The position numbers were made by a program, and so were the translations under genes. A DNA stretch of 64,000 bases from Nodosilinea sp. (GTDB taxonomy: Bacteria > Cyanobacteriota > Cyanobacteriia > Phormidesmidales > Phormidesmidaceae), in contig JBBAWV010000001.1 in NCBI GenBank assembly GCA_040396995.1, forward strand, positions 35,258 to 99,257, read 5' to 3'. Below, one piece after another: positions 47,340 through 58,038 of this stretch; position 1 is the first letter of the stretch, and each line of letters begins with the position of its first letter. Under the pieces are notes generated by a model. The model did not search any database and had not been told where the DNA came from. It saw nothing but the letters and a program-made list of their open reading frames with translations.

Positions 47340-49136
47340 TCATTCCTCGCTGATCTGGAGTTCGTGGATATTCCAGAATGCGCCGCCGATGGCCGTGTAT
47401 TGCACCCCTTCCACCGTGTTCCGCACCGCCGCCAGGGAAAGGTTATTAATAAGGTAGATGAAGGGGAGGTATTCCTGGGTGAGTTGCTGGGTTTCTTTGT
47501 AGAGTTCAAAGCGGTTTTCCTCGTCGATTTCCTGGGCGGCTTGGATGTAGAGATCGGCGATGCGGCGTTCCCAATCGGCGGCCTGCCATCCTTCTAGGGG
47601 CGTTTGGCTGGGGCCAGCCTGTTGGTTAAAGGCATGGAGGGCACCATCCAGCAGCCACACGTTTGCGCCGCCGTTGGGTTCTAGGCCACCCGTCAGGCCC
47701 AGGATGCAGGCTTCCCACTCCAGGCTATCGGTGAGGCGATCCACCAGCACGTTGAAGGCGAGGGGTTGGAAGTCTACCTGAATGCCCAAGCGCTCTAGGT
47801 CGGTTTTAATTTGGGCTCCGATGGCTTCCCGAATGCGGTTGCCGGAGTTGGTGATCAGGGTGAACCGCACTCGGTTGCTGTCGGGGTCTACTAATTGACC
47901 AGAACTATCCAGGGAAAAACCCGCTGAGGTCAGGAGTTTCTGGGCTTTTTCGGGATCGTAGTCGTAGGTACGGATGCCCATTTCTGGGGGAGCAAAGAAG
48001 GGGCTAGGGACGGAAATTGGGGAGGTTTGGGGAGATCCTAGTCCTTGAAAAATGTTGTTGATCAGGGTGTTTCGGTCGATGCCGTAGGAAATGGCCTGCC
48101 GGAAGGCGATATCGTTAAACCAACGAGATCGGATGGGATCGACCAGGGGTTTGCCGTTGCGGCTCGCCTGATTGAGGTTGAAGAAGAAGAAGTTGGTGCC
48201 CAGGTCGGGGCCACCGTTGTAGATGGTGAAATTGCCGCGTTCCTCCTCTTGTTTCAGCAGGGAAAAGAAACTGGGCTGCACCCCAACGGAATCGAGGCCA
48301 CCGGATCGAAACTGCAAAAAGGCCGTATCCGTAGACGCAACAATTTGCCAGACAACTTGCTCGATGTGAGGCTGAGGATTGCCCGCGTCATCCTTGCGCC
48401 AATAGTGGGGATTGCGCTCGAAAATAACGCGCTCGCCGGGGATATATTGCCCTAGGCGATAAGGGCCATTGGTAATAATTTGTTCAGGAGGTGTATCGGT
48501 ACCCCAGGTGGAGAGAAACAGCGGCGTCCCGTCGGCCCCTGTGGTCTCCACCGATGGTCGCAGGATGTGGGCCGGGATGATTTCGGTCGCCGTGTTGCGC
48601 AGAATGGGGGCAAAGGGTTCTGGCAACGAGAACTGCACCCGCCGATCATCTACCGCCGTCACCGTTGGCAGCAAGCCCTGGGTGCCAATGCGGAAGCTAT
48701 CGCGGCCATTGGTAGGGATATCGGGGTTAAACAGCACCCCGTAGGTGAAGACCACGTCCTCCACCGTTAGCGGTTCCCCATCCGACCACTGCAACCCCTC
48801 CCGCAGGGTAAACACAATGGTTTTGCCATCCTCAGAAATGTCCCAGCTTTCCGCCAGGGCCGGAATTACGTCTCCGGTCAAGCCATCGGTGCCCGTCAGC
48901 CCCTCAAAGGTCCAGCTAAAAATGTTGGGCGATTCTTGGCTCAAGATCGGGTTAAAGGTTTTGGGATCGCTGAGGGTACTGAGCACCAAGCGGGGAATAT
49001 TGGCTTCGGCCTTGGCAAATTGCTCCAGGCTGCATCCCCCCAGGGGCAGCATCAGAACGAGGATCAGCAGCGCTACCAGACCGCCCCGCCCCCAACCCCG
49101 ATGCAACCGGGCTATCTGTAACCAAAATCGGCTCAT
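47340..49136 (-). CDS. ABC transporter substrate-binding lipoprotein, peptide/nickel family 5
   Basis: Lipobox LGGC; DPKTFNP, ALAESW, WSDGEPLT.EDV.FT, FRQAISYGIDR; start uncertain (49136/49208). Confidence 0.92.
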   Translation of the reverse strand: MSRFWLQIARLHRGWGRGGLVALLILVLMLPLGGCSLEQFAKAEANIPRLVLSTLSDPKTFNPILSQESPNIFSWTFEGLTGTDGLTGDVIPALAESWDISEDGKTIVFTLREGLQWSDGEPLTVEDVVFTYGVLFNPDIPTNGRDSFRIGTQGLLPTVTAVDDRRVQFSLPEPFAPILRNTATEIIPAHILRPSVETTGADGTPLFLSTWGTDTPPEQIITNGPYRLGQYIPGERVIFERNPHYWRKDDAGNPQPHIEQVVWQIVASTDTAFLQFRSGGLDSVGVQPSFFSLLKQEEERGNFTIYNGGPDLGTNFFFFNLNQASRNGKPLVDPIRSRWFNDIAFRQAISYGIDRNTLINNIFQGLGSPQTSPISVPSPFFAPPEMGIRTYDYDPEKAQKLLTSAGFSLDSSGQLVDPDSNRVRFTLITNSGNRIREAIGAQIKTDLERLGIQVDFQPLAFNVLVDRLTDSLEWEACILGLTGGLEPNGGANVWLLDGALHAFNQQAGPSQTPLEGWQAADWERRIADLYIQAAQEIDEENRFELYKETQQLTQEYLPFIYLINNLSLAAVRNTVEGVQYTAIGGAFWNIHELQISEE

Positions 49137-49294
49137 CCAAGACAGCCGAAACCAGCCCCTAGAGCCCTGCCGAGGAACGTGCCAGCCCAGGATAGACGAT
49201 TGCGCCATGGAAAATCTCCCCTTTGCCGAAGATAGCCCTCCCAACCCAAGCGGGAAAACCACGATTGCTTCTCAATTACTATACCGACTAGGCA

Positions 49295-49340
49295 CTCTGT
49301 CGCCTGAGAACTCTGTCGCCTGAGAACTCTGTCGCCTGAG
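49295..49340 (+). repeat. 16-bp tandem repeat CTCTGTCGCCTGAGAA x~2.9
   Basis: Read directly. Confidence 0.9.
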
Positions 49341-49456
49341 CACCCCATCGCCTGGGCACAAGACCCCTGATCTCAATCCGAACTGAGGTTAACGAAGGTG
49401 TCCGTTCAGTTGCGAAGCATTAACAACCGTTGCTTTTTGTGACAGCTTTTAATTTT

Positions 49457-49470
49457 GTAGTATTTTATAC
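49457..49470. promoter_or_regulatory. NtcA-binding site GTA-N8-TAC upstream of gifA
   Basis: TGTAGTATTTTATACA; NtcA repression of gifA is established in cyanobacteria. Confidence 0.85.
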
Positions 49471-49557
49471 AGTTTTTCAATTATTTTGATTATTAGAGGG
49501 AGCAAGGCCATCTCCCCACCCCTGCTACTCCGCCCAAGCTTACTGAGAGGTTCCGCC

Positions 49558-49755
49558 ATGTCTGCCCAAGATCAAGCCCGTGCGCTCATGATGCGTCATC
49601 ACCACATGATTAAGAACCGCCAGCAATCCATGCTGCGCCGTACCAACGAAGAAGTGGGACTACCCGGTGAAACCCATGCCTGGAGCGCCATCCAAGGCAA
49701 GCCCTCCGCCAATGCCGCCCGCAGCTACGACCGCAGTGGCTCGGCCATGAGCTAG
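49558..49755 (+). CDS. gifA: Glutamine synthetase inactivating factor IF7
   Basis: QARALMMRHHHMIKNRQQSMLRR...IQGKP...SYDRS; start moved from 49486. Confidence 0.92.
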   Translation: MSAQDQARALMMRHHHMIKNRQQSMLRRTNEEVGLPGETHAWSAIQGKPSANAARSYDRSGSAMS

Positions 49756-49833
49756 ATTTCCCGTTGGTCTATCCATCTTGGCGTTGGTGTTGAATTCGTT
49801 GGTCTTGAACCCGTTGCTTGAACCCGTTGGTCG

Positions 49834-51702
49834 TTAATCCGCCCCCACGGCTGAATATCCCCCGCTAACCTGGCTGGCACAGTCCCCAGGGGCGGGGGTG
49901 TTTTGTGGGGGGTGGGATGATGGGGGCTTTGGCCCGCGCAACCAGTAGGTTTCCATGGTGCCTCGGCCCTTTACGGGAATAGTGCCCCTGGGCTCGAGGT
50001 GATAGCGATCCTTGAGGCGTTCGTAGGTGCTGGTGGTAACTTGAATGCGGCCCGGTTCCCCCAGCGATTCCATGCGGCTGGCCACGTTCACCGCATCGCC
50101 CCAAAGGTCGTAGATAAATTTCTTGGTGCCAATTACCCCGGCCACCACCACCCCAGTGTTGATGCCAACGCGAATACGAATGGGGGCATCTTCGCCCAGA
50201 TCAAAGCTGTTCACCACATGCTGCATCGCTAGGGCCATTTCGGCAATCGCCTCGGCATGGTCGGGGCGGGGGGTGGGCAGGCCCGCCGCCACCATGTAGG
50301 CATCGCCAATGGTTTTGATTTTTTCGAGATCAAACTGCTCCGCGAGGGCGTCAAAGCTAGAGAAAATATCGTTGAGGAGCTGCACTAAGCGAATCGGCGA
50401 CAGACGGCTCGACAACTGGGTAAAGCCCACGATGTCGGCAAAGAGAATGGTCACCTCGTCAAAGTGCTGGGGTACCGAGGTGCTGGTGTGCATCAACTCG
50501 TCGGCGATGGGCTGGGGCAGGATGTTCAGCAGTAGGGTTTCGGCCCGCTGTTGCTCCGCTTGCAGCTTTTTAGAACTCTCCTGAATCTCATCCAGCATGG
50601 CGTTCACCCGCTGGCTCAGGTGGCTGAGTTCGTCCTCCCCCTGCACCGCCACCCGCTGGGTTAAATCGTTGGTGCGCCCAATGTGCTCCACGTCCTGGCT
50701 GAGGGTGACGACCCGCCGCAAAATTACCCGATCCAGCAGCAGCAAAATGGCCCCCGTGGAAATGATGCAAGCCCCCAACAGCGCTAAGCCAAGGGAACGC
50801 TGACTCAGTTGTCCCTGACGATAAATGTCGCGGGGCAAGGTTACGTCCAAGAGCGCTTGGGGTTGGCCATAGATATCGGGCCATAGGGCATAGCCCTTCA
50901 GCAGGTTTCGGTCTTGGGCTTGCAACCGAGTCGGAGAGGGGACACGGCCCAGGGTTGGGATTTGGACTCGGTTAGCGACGCGGCGTTCGTCAATCTCGGC
51001 CATCATGGGCCCTAGCAAAACCTGAAGGTCGGCATTTAGGGATCCACTGCCCCCTGGGTTCCCCAGTTCGCCAACATCAGGATGAACGGTGAGGCTAACC
51101 TGGGTACGGCGCGAGAGATCCGCCACCATCGCCTGATTCATGTAGCGCCCCATCAGCATGGCTCCCCTTGGTGGGCCAGTGGCATCGCTCCGCAAAATTG
51201 GCTCTACCACCGTGAGCATGAGTTGTTCATCCACGCGCATCAACCCCTGATGGTGATAGGCCACATGGGGAAACCGGAGCAGTGGACTATCGGCCTCCAG
51301 TTGGGCCAGAACGTCGGGAGGAACCGGAGCAAACTCGCCCCTCTCCAGGTCGTAGGCGTTGCTATAGATCACCTCGCCCTCGGTGTTCACCAGCACCAAC
51401 ACATTCAACCGCAGACTTTCAAAGGCATATTTCTGAAAGTTGGAAGCCACGTAGGTGGCGTTGCCGTCTCGAATAAATTGATAGGTGTCATCCCAGGCGG
51501 CCCAGTCCTCTGTCAGGCTATGCAACTGGTTGAGATCGCTGATCAGGGCTTCCTCCACCCGCTGCACATTGCGCTGGGCGTCCTCTTGTTCGAGGCGGTG
51601 ATAGCTGCGCTGCAAAACCACAGATAGACTGGCGTAGACAAGCACCAGAAACCCCAGCAGGGGAACCGTCGTCAACAGCAGCGTTTTATGGCGTAGGTTC
51701 AT
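49834..51702 (-). CDS. CHASE4-HAMP class III adenylate cyclase
   Basis: DWAAWDDTY (CHASE4), two TMs, HAMP DELSHL, FADIVGFT, EKIKTIGDAY, YDLWGDAVNVASRME. Confidence 0.92.
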   Translation of the reverse strand: MNLRHKTLLLTTVPLLGFLVLVYASLSVVLQRSYHRLEQEDAQRNVQRVEEALISDLNQLHSLTEDWAAWDDTYQFIRDGNATYVASNFQKYAFESLRLNVLVLVNTEGEVIYSNAYDLERGEFAPVPPDVLAQLEADSPLLRFPHVAYHHQGLMRVDEQLMLTVVEPILRSDATGPPRGAMLMGRYMNQAMVADLSRRTQVSLTVHPDVGELGNPGGSGSLNADLQVLLGPMMAEIDERRVANRVQIPTLGRVPSPTRLQAQDRNLLKGYALWPDIYGQPQALLDVTLPRDIYRQGQLSQRSLGLALLGACIISTGAILLLLDRVILRRVVTLSQDVEHIGRTNDLTQRVAVQGEDELSHLSQRVNAMLDEIQESSKKLQAEQQRAETLLLNILPQPIADELMHTSTSVPQHFDEVTILFADIVGFTQLSSRLSPIRLVQLLNDIFSSFDALAEQFDLEKIKTIGDAYMVAAGLPTPRPDHAEAIAEMALAMQHVVNSFDLGEDAPIRIRVGINTGVVVAGVIGTKKFIYDLWGDAVNVASRMESLGEPGRIQVTTSTYERLKDRYHLEPRGTIPVKGRGTMETYWLRGPKPPSSHPPQNTPAPGDCASQVSGGYSAVGAD

Positions 51703-51913
51703 TAGTCAACGCAAGCTTGGAGCAAGCTGGGGGAGGTTCCCTAAGAATCCAGTAAGAACAAACCAGAGGACTCCCCTGTAGCCTACTGTGTGACTACCCA
51801 ATCCGGCGAGGAAAATCCGGATAATCTAGGGCCAAAGGACGATAGGTGAGGGCAACCGAACCAAGATTCGCAGTACCACTACAAAAACAAAAACGCAACA
51901 TAGCTTTACATTC

Positions 51914-51931
51914 TGTAACTATTGCGTTACA
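51914..51931. promoter_or_regulatory. Palindrome TGTAAC-N6-GTTACA in a divergent promoter region
   Basis: Perfect 6-bp arms; flanking (T/G)TTACATT octamers. Confidence 0.4.
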
Positions 51932-52031
51932 TTGGTACACATACAAAGCAAGCGCACCTTCGCCATCGTGCAAATCTCGGTTCATCGGCGGTGCTTTTGC
52001 CCATGAACATTAACCTTCTAGGAGGTCTTCC

Positions 52032-52259
52032 ATGTTTGCCATTCTGATTTCTCTCTTCGTCGTCGGTTGGGTTGCGGTTGCGCTAATCGGCACCCAAGCC
52101 TACTTCCGGGGCGAACAAACCAAGCCCATCCACGAGCGTAACTGGAACTCCAAGTCCTTCGAGCAACTGGCCCAGAGCGTGACTGGCCAAGCCACGGATT
52201 TCTCCGACCGCGTGCCTGCCTACTCTGGCGATGCCTACTCCAGCGGCAACCTGAGCTAG
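52032..52259 (+). CDS. Small single-TM protein, Psb35-like
   Basis: VGWVAVALIGTQAYFRGEQTKPIHERNW; RBS AGGAGG; exact orthology not established. Confidence 0.7.
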   Translation: MFAILISLFVVGWVAVALIGTQAYFRGEQTKPIHERNWNSKSFEQLAQSVTGQATDFSDRVPAYSGDAYSSGNLS

Positions 52260-52342
52260 GTCTGGTATCCCAACCTAAAAAATCTCTGTTCTGACTCAAC
52301 TCTCCTCTTTCTCTAGGGATTGTCTCCCAACAGTGAATGAAC

Positions 52343-52370
52343 GACCCGGCCTCCGCTGGGTCTTTTTTTT
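52343..52370 (+). terminator. Rho-independent terminator
   Basis: GACCCGGC-CTCC-GCTGGGTC followed by T8. Confidence 0.85.
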
Positions 52371-52500
52371 AGGCCTCCTGTTTTTGCGACGGCCTGTTTT
52401 TTAGGCGTTCCGTTTTTCAGACTTCTCGTTTGATGAGGATGACACTTTTTTAGGCATTCTTTTTTTTAGATGTTCTGTTTTTTAGACTTCTTTTTAGACT
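52371..52500 (-). repeat. Degenerate array of (G/C)YCTAAAAAA-like units after the sbcC stop
   Basis: About 6-7 T-tract+AGAC/AGGC units on the plus strand; GAAGTCTAAAAA occurs twice. Confidence 0.5.
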
Positions 52501-55256
52501 TCCCGTTCAACGAGAATGATGTTTTCGGTGATGCTTTCAAAGGTGTCGTCGTGGCTGATAACGAACAGTTGTTTGAAGGATTTAATCCGGCTGATGGCTT
52601 CCGCAAGGCCCTGACGACGGGGTTTGTCCATGTTGGTGGTGGGTTCGTCAAAAAAGGCGATGTCGATGTCGGCCAGCACCTTCAGCAGGGCAAGGCGAAC
52701 GGCGAGGGCCGCACACATTTGTTCGCCGCCAGAGAGGTTGATAAATCGCCGCTGGTGGGGGCCATCTTGCACCAGAATGTCGTAGTCGCGAGTCCATTCT
52801 AGGGCCACGTCAGGACGGTTGAGTAATTCCCGAAACAGCCGATCTGCCTGCACCGAAATACTGCGAACATACTGCTCGGTAATGCGGGGGCCAGCATCTT
52901 TGTAAGCACTGCGGGCAAAGTTAACGAAGCGCTTGATTTTTTCCTTGGCCTTGAGTTCGGCCTGGGCGGCGTCGCGTTTTTCGGCCAGGGTGGCGAGGCC
53001 CGCCAGTTGTTGATCCAAATCCGCAAGGCGTTGGCGCTGCTGGGGGAGGCTACCCGCCAGTTGGTCGGCCTCGGTTTTGAGGGTGGCGTAGCGAGTTTCT
53101 AGGGCTTCGGCCTGGGCGGGGTCGTAGGTGGCGATGGCCTCGGCGTAGCGGGTTTCGAGATCAAGGCGCTGGGCTTCGAGTTGCTCCAAATCGGTTTCGG
53201 TGGTGCCCAGTTCTCGTTTTAGGGCGGCGCATTGGTTGGCCTGGTCGCGGTTGCGGAGGTATTGCTCGTAGGGGGCTTGGTAGGTGCTGCGCTGGGCCTG
53301 CTGGGCGGCAATGTCGGCCTCAAGGGATTGAAACGCCTCCAGTTGCGCGGTGAGGTCGGCCATTTGCTGGGTGATGGCTTGCTGCTGGGCGGTCAATTCA
53401 GCACAGGTTTTCTCTACTTTGGCCCGGTCTTGCAGGGTGCGTTGCAAAATAGCCTGCTTCTGGCGAGGATGGCCGAGGGCTTCCAGCGCTTTAGCGAGGT
53501 CTTGCAGGGCGGACTCCACCGTGACCCGTTGTTCTAGCTGCTGGGTGAGGGCGGCGATCTGCTCGGTCAACGTAACCTGTTCTCGCTGAAGCTGGTCAGC
53601 CTGGGCGCGAAGGGCGTCTTCTTGATCCAGTTCAGCCCGCCAACCGTAGCGCTTTTGCAAATCGCTGGTCAGACCTTTCAGGTTGTTTTGAAGGCTGGCT
53701 TCGTCGGTTTGGTCGGCTAAATCTTGCAGAATGCTATCCAGGGCAGACAGCAGTTCCCCATGGAGATCCGAGGCGTTTTGCAGAGCCGTTTGCAGCTTTT
53801 GGACGACTTCCCCAGAAATCAGCGGCACACTGCGAACAAGCGTCTCAAATTCTGCCAAAATCTCCTGAATATCCCCCGCCTGGGCCTGTTGCTGCTGGCG
53901 GCTGTGGGCCACAAGGGTTTGAATATCCGCCTCGAACTGGCGGGCGGCGGCAAGACGGCTGAGCTGTTGCTGAAGGCGATCCCGCTGTTCTTCCAGTTTG
54001 GCGATGTCCTGAACCGCAGGCCGAAGCTGGGCCAATCGTGCTTGGGCTTGGACGACTTGACGCTGCTGCTGTTCCAAGCGCTTTTGCTGCTGTTGAAGCC
54101 CCTGGATCTGCACCTCCACCGCCTGAAGCTGATCCCGCTGAGCCTGGTAGTCTCGCTGCTGGACTTCGATCTGCTCTTGCTGGGCCACCAGGGGCTTTAG
54201 GGATTCCACCTCACGGGCGGTTTGCTCCAGGGCTTCGATCTGGGTTTGCCAGCGGGCTAGTTCTGCCTGTTTTTGGCCGTAGGTAGTTTGCAGGGTTTGG
54301 TAGCGGCGTTGTAGGGTTTGGCGCTGGCCTTGGCGCTGGTTCAGTTCCACTAGGGCTTTTTCAGCAGCTTGATAACCCTCGTAGGCCGCACGGTTGGCCG
54401 TACAAATCTCCACCGCCTGCTGAGCCTGCTGCACCAATCCCTGAAGCCGAGCCAACTCCTTTTCCTTGGCCTGCCGCTGGAGGGCGAGGGTTTGGCGCTG
54501 CTGACTAAGGGTTTGCACCTGCTGGGCCTGGGCCTTCACCGCATCCCGTTTAGCCTGGAGAGCCTGGAGATCCGCATGGAGCCCCATCAAGCGCTGCTCG
54601 GCGGTTTGGATGTCCTGGGTCAACCCCTGCTGACGTTGGGCCAATTCCTCCCACAGGGTTAGCGACTCTTCGTACTGCTCAATCTGGCGCTTCACCTGAT
54701 CGATTTGATCCTCGGCGTAGCGGCGCAGGGTGTTCATTTGTTTGTAGGCCTGCTTATACTCCTCCACCTTGAGGATGGCGTCGAAGACGGCCTTGCGCTG
54801 CTCGGCGGTTTGCAGAAAGTCTGCCGTGAAGGTGCCTTGAGGGACGCCCACAGTCCGCGCAAATAACTGGGGCAGGTTCGTCGTCGGGCTCACCCCCAAA
54901 TGCTGCCGCAGCCAGGGCAACACCTCGTCCTTAATGCGCGTGTAGGGCAGGCGCTCGTTGATCTGAGGGTCGAACAGGAGATAGCCCTTTTGGGTGCAGC
55001 GCTGCACCGAGTAGGTGCGGTTGTCGAAGTTCGACACGAAGGACACCGTCACTTGGGCGCTACTGCTGCCGTTGCGAATCAGGTCTTCCTTGGCATAGTC
55101 GCCCTGGTAGTTGAATAAAGCCCAGGCGATGGCCTCCAAAATGCTGGTTTTTCCGGCCCCGTTTTCGCCGCAGATAGCGTTGGTGCCCGGTTGAAACTCA
55201 AAGAACCGATCTTGGTGGGCTTTGAAATTTTGGAGGCTGACGGACAAAATCTGCAT
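52494..55256 (-). CDS. sbcC: SbcC/Rad50-like SMC ATPase
   Basis: GENGAGKT, long coiled coil, LSGGE, FFDEPT, ISHD. Confidence 0.9.
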   Translation of the reverse strand: MQILSVSLQNFKAHQDRFFEFQPGTNAICGENGAGKTSILEAIAWALFNYQGDYAKEDLIRNGSSSAQVTVSFVSNFDNRTYSVQRCTQKGYLLFDPQINERLPYTRIKDEVLPWLRQHLGVSPTTNLPQLFARTVGVPQGTFTADFLQTAEQRKAVFDAILKVEEYKQAYKQMNTLRRYAEDQIDQVKRQIEQYEESLTLWEELAQRQQGLTQDIQTAEQRLMGLHADLQALQAKRDAVKAQAQQVQTLSQQRQTLALQRQAKEKELARLQGLVQQAQQAVEICTANRAAYEGYQAAEKALVELNQRQGQRQTLQRRYQTLQTTYGQKQAELARWQTQIEALEQTAREVESLKPLVAQQEQIEVQQRDYQAQRDQLQAVEVQIQGLQQQQKRLEQQQRQVVQAQARLAQLRPAVQDIAKLEEQRDRLQQQLSRLAAARQFEADIQTLVAHSRQQQQAQAGDIQEILAEFETLVRSVPLISGEVVQKLQTALQNASDLHGELLSALDSILQDLADQTDEASLQNNLKGLTSDLQKRYGWRAELDQEDALRAQADQLQREQVTLTEQIAALTQQLEQRVTVESALQDLAKALEALGHPRQKQAILQRTLQDRAKVEKTCAELTAQQQAITQQMADLTAQLEAFQSLEADIAAQQAQRSTYQAPYEQYLRNRDQANQCAALKRELGTTETDLEQLEAQRLDLETRYAEAIATYDPAQAEALETRYATLKTEADQLAGSLPQQRQRLADLDQQLAGLATLAEKRDAAQAELKAKEKIKRFVNFARSAYKDAGPRITEQYVRSISVQADRLFRELLNRPDVALEWTRDYDILVQDGPHQRRFINLSGGEQMCAALAVRLALLKVLADIDIAFFDEPTTNMDKPRRQGLAEAISRIKSFKQLFVISHDDTFESITENIILVEREV

Positions 55257-55275
55257 GGCGCTGTGGGGACTGGGT

Positions 55276-57192
55276 TTAGCTCGCTTTCACCAGAAACTTT
55301 TCAGGGATTTCGGTGTGTTGGCTGACAATTTGGCGGAATTCTTCGCCATCGATGGTTTCCCGTTCCATCAGTAGGTCTACCAGGTTGTCCATCAGCACGC
55401 GGTTGTCGCGTAATACCTGACGGGCACGGTCGAGGCAGGTGAGGGCAATTTCGCGCACCTTGGCGTCGATTTTGCTGGCCATTTCCTCGGAGACTTCGCT
55501 GCGGGGCATCAGGTTGCGGCCTAGGAAAACCTGGTTATCCATGCTTTCGAGGGCGACGGGGCCGAGGTCGGTCATGCCGTAGAGGGTCACCATTTGGCGG
55601 GCCAGGTTGGTGACTTGCTGGATGTCGCCGCTGGCTCCGGTGGAAGTTTCGTCGTCGCCAAACACTTCGGCTTCGGCGGCAAAGCCCCCCAGGGCCACGG
55701 TGATGCGGTCGATAATCCAGTTGCGGGTGTAGAGGCCGCTGTCGATGATGTCTTCGTTGGGGAGGGATTGGGTGAAGCCCTCGATGCCGCCGGAGCGGGG
55801 GATGATCGTCACCTTGTTTAGCTCGTCGGAGTGGGTGAGCAGGGTGGTGAGTAGGGCGTGGCCGACTTCGTGGTAGGCGGTCATGCGTTTGCGGCTGCTA
55901 TCCAGCAGGGGGGTGAGGCTAAGGCCGATGGTGATGCGGTCGATGGCGTCCTCAATTTCCTGCATGGTGACGGCCTCCTTGCGGCGGCGGGCGGTGAGGA
56001 TGGCGGCTTCGTTGAGCAGGTTGGCCAGTTCGGCCCCGGAGAACCCAGGGGTGCGGCGGGCAACGGCTTCTAGGGACACCTCCGGCTCAATTTTTTTGTT
56101 GCGGGCATGAACTTCCAAAATCGACAGCCGCCCTTTGTAGGTGGGCAAGTCCACAATCACCTGACGGTCGAAGCGTCCGGGCCGCAGCAGGGCCGTATCC
56201 AGCACATCCACGCGGTTGGTGGCGGCGATCACGATGATGCCGCTGTTGCCCTCAAAGCCGTCCATTTCGGTGAGGAGTTGGTTGAGGGTTTGTTCGCGTT
56301 CGTCGTTGCCGCCGCCAATGCCTGCCCCCCGCTGGCGACCCACGGCATCAATTTCGTCGATGAACACAATGCAGGGGGCATTGTCCTTGGCCTTGCGGAA
56401 CAGGTCGCGTACGCGGGACGCACCTACCCCCACAAACATTTCCACGAATTCTGAACCGGAAATGCTGAAGAAGGGAACCCCCGCCTCTCCAGCAATCGCC
56501 TTGGCTAAAAGGGTTTTCCCGGTGCCCGGTTGGCCAATCAGCAGCACGCCCTTAGGAATGCGTGCCCCAATGGCCGTAAACTTTTCGGGACTTTTGAGGA
56601 AGGACACCACCTCTTGCAGTTCTTCCTTGGCTTCTTCGATTCCGGCCACATCGTCGAACACGACCCCGGTTTTGGCCTCCATCTGGAAGCGAGCTTTGGA
56701 ACGACCAAAGTTCATGGCGTTTCCGGCCCCGGCGGCTCCCCGGCGCAGCAGCATCAGCAGGCCCAAAATCAAAATCAGCGCCAGCAGAGAGTTCGTCGCC
56801 AACCAAGCCAGGGCCGAACTGCCGCTGGTGTCGCGGATGTTCACATCTACCTGATTCTCGCGCAGGGTGCGGATCAGTTCCGGGTTGTTTTCCCCCGGAA
56901 ATAACAGCACCTCATGGGGGGGCTGATCCTCGGCATCGGTTTCGAGGGTGACGTAGGCGATGCCACGGGTTTCGTCCAGCTCAACGCTTTCCACCAAACC
57001 TTCATTGATGTTGCTCAAGAACGCGCCGTAGGACATCTGCTCCTCCTCGGCGGGGGCTTGAGCGAGGGCAGCGGGCAGCGGCATGAGGCTTTGTAGCAGC
57101 AGCCAACCTACCGTGAAGGCCCCCGTGGCCTTGGTGCGCAGGGAAGAACGACGACGAGCAGAGCGGGACTGACCAGAAAAGCGCATGGGCAT
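55276..57192 (-). CDS. ftsH: ATP-dependent zinc metalloprotease FtsH
   Basis: [35 protein letters not shown]; paralog number not assigned. Confidence 0.97.
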   Translation of the reverse strand: MPMRFSGQSRSARRRSSLRTKATGAFTVGWLLLQSLMPLPAALAQAPAEEEQMSYGAFLSNINEGLVESVELDETRGIAYVTLETDAEDQPPHEVLLFPGENNPELIRTLRENQVDVNIRDTSGSSALAWLATNSLLALILILGLLMLLRRGAAGAGNAMNFGRSKARFQMEAKTGVVFDDVAGIEEAKEELQEVVSFLKSPEKFTAIGARIPKGVLLIGQPGTGKTLLAKAIAGEAGVPFFSISGSEFVEMFVGVGASRVRDLFRKAKDNAPCIVFIDEIDAVGRQRGAGIGGGNDEREQTLNQLLTEMDGFEGNSGIIVIAATNRVDVLDTALLRPGRFDRQVIVDLPTYKGRLSILEVHARNKKIEPEVSLEAVARRTPGFSGAELANLLNEAAILTARRRKEAVTMQEIEDAIDRITIGLSLTPLLDSSRKRMTAYHEVGHALLTTLLTHSDELNKVTIIPRSGGIEGFTQSLPNEDIIDSGLYTRNWIIDRITVALGGFAAEAEVFGDDETSTGASGDIQQVTNLARQMVTLYGMTDLGPVALESMDNQVFLGRNLMPRSEVSEEMASKIDAKVREIALTCLDRARQVLRDNRVLMDNLVDLLMERETIDGEEFRQIVSQHTEIPEKFLVKAS

Positions 57193-57397
57193 AGGGCGAT
57201 ATCAACAAGCAACAACCCAGGCCCATGACTAGGAGAGCCTGGGGGCTGTGTTCTAGTCTAACCTCCTCGCCCAGAAATCGGATTCTTAAGGATGTTCACA
57301 GAGAACTTGCCGCTTTCAGAGCCAGCGTTTAGCATGGCTTCAATCATTTTTTGAAACCTTTTTACTACTAGCTACCCCTAGGGAGGTGCAGCCGTTC

Positions 57398-57553
57398 GGT
57401 TGGGCCTAGTTTGGGCATCCATGAGGTTGGCAGAGTCTTGAATAGGATGGGTTAGGCAAAGCCGTAACAGGTCAAAGCCTTGGCCAGCATGGGTTACGCT
57501 CCGCTCATTCACCCTACGAGGTCTGTCTTGCCCAAACATCCTAGGAACCAACC
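57398..57553. mobile_element. REPIN-like doublet (57442-57517) inside an imperfect inverted-repeat shell
   Basis: GTTTGGGCA/TGCCCAAAC and CCTAG arms; inner reverse-complement GTAGGGTGAATGAGCGGAGCGTAACCCAT. Confidence 0.6.
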
Positions 57554-57556
57554 CCG

Positions 57557-57584
57557 AATAACCAATAACCAATAACCAATAACC
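57557..57584 (+). repeat. STRR heptamer AATAACC x4
   Basis: Read directly. Confidence 0.9.
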
Positions 57585-57623
57585 ACCCCCCATAACAAAC
57601 CCCGTTGAGTTCCCGTTTTCACC

Positions 57624-57968
57624 ATGTCCTACAGCTTTGATATCATTGGTGTTGCTCCGGTGCTGGAGTTTTTCACCCATCAGCAGCGGATGGAAACCAA
57701 ACCCCAGCGCAGCCAAGCCTTTCTGGGCAGTCCCATCTGCACCTTGGATGCCTTCATTAGCGCCACGGAGGCCGTTCACCGCAAGCCTGACTGGGATTGG
57801 GACGAGATTGTCGGCAAAATTGTGGAGTTTTGGCTGCACCAAGAAGACGACGTGCGCCACTGGAAGCAGCAGTTTGAATCCACCCAAGGACAGGACAAGC
57901 TGCTGGTGGGGCGTGTGGTCAACTACACCTCCCTGCGCCAGGAGTTTGAGGGGCTGTTTGAAGGCTAA
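57624..57968 (+). CDS. Conserved cyanobacterial hypothetical protein
   Basis: MSYSFDIIGVAPVLEFF...FLGSPICTLDAFI...FWL...VRHWKQQF; intact ORF with coding-like composition. Confidence 0.75.
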   Translation: MSYSFDIIGVAPVLEFFTHQQRMETKPQRSQAFLGSPICTLDAFISATEAVHRKPDWDWDEIVGKIVEFWLHQEDDVRHWKQQFESTQGQDKLLVGRVVNYTSLRQEFEGLFEG

Positions 57969-58038
57969 CGGGCGGCGAACTGGGCGAGATCGTGCCAGAA
58001 TATAGGCTAACTTGCGCGTCTAGTCTTCCAGGGCACCC

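Noticed and set aside
49471-49557. Glutamine (glnA) riboswitch ahead of the gif gene
   Set aside because: Conserved motif not seen; it is associated with gifB/IF17 and this gene is IF7
52494-55256. sbcC without adjacent sbcD
   Set aside because: Unlinked sbcC and sbcD are not unusual in cyanobacteria
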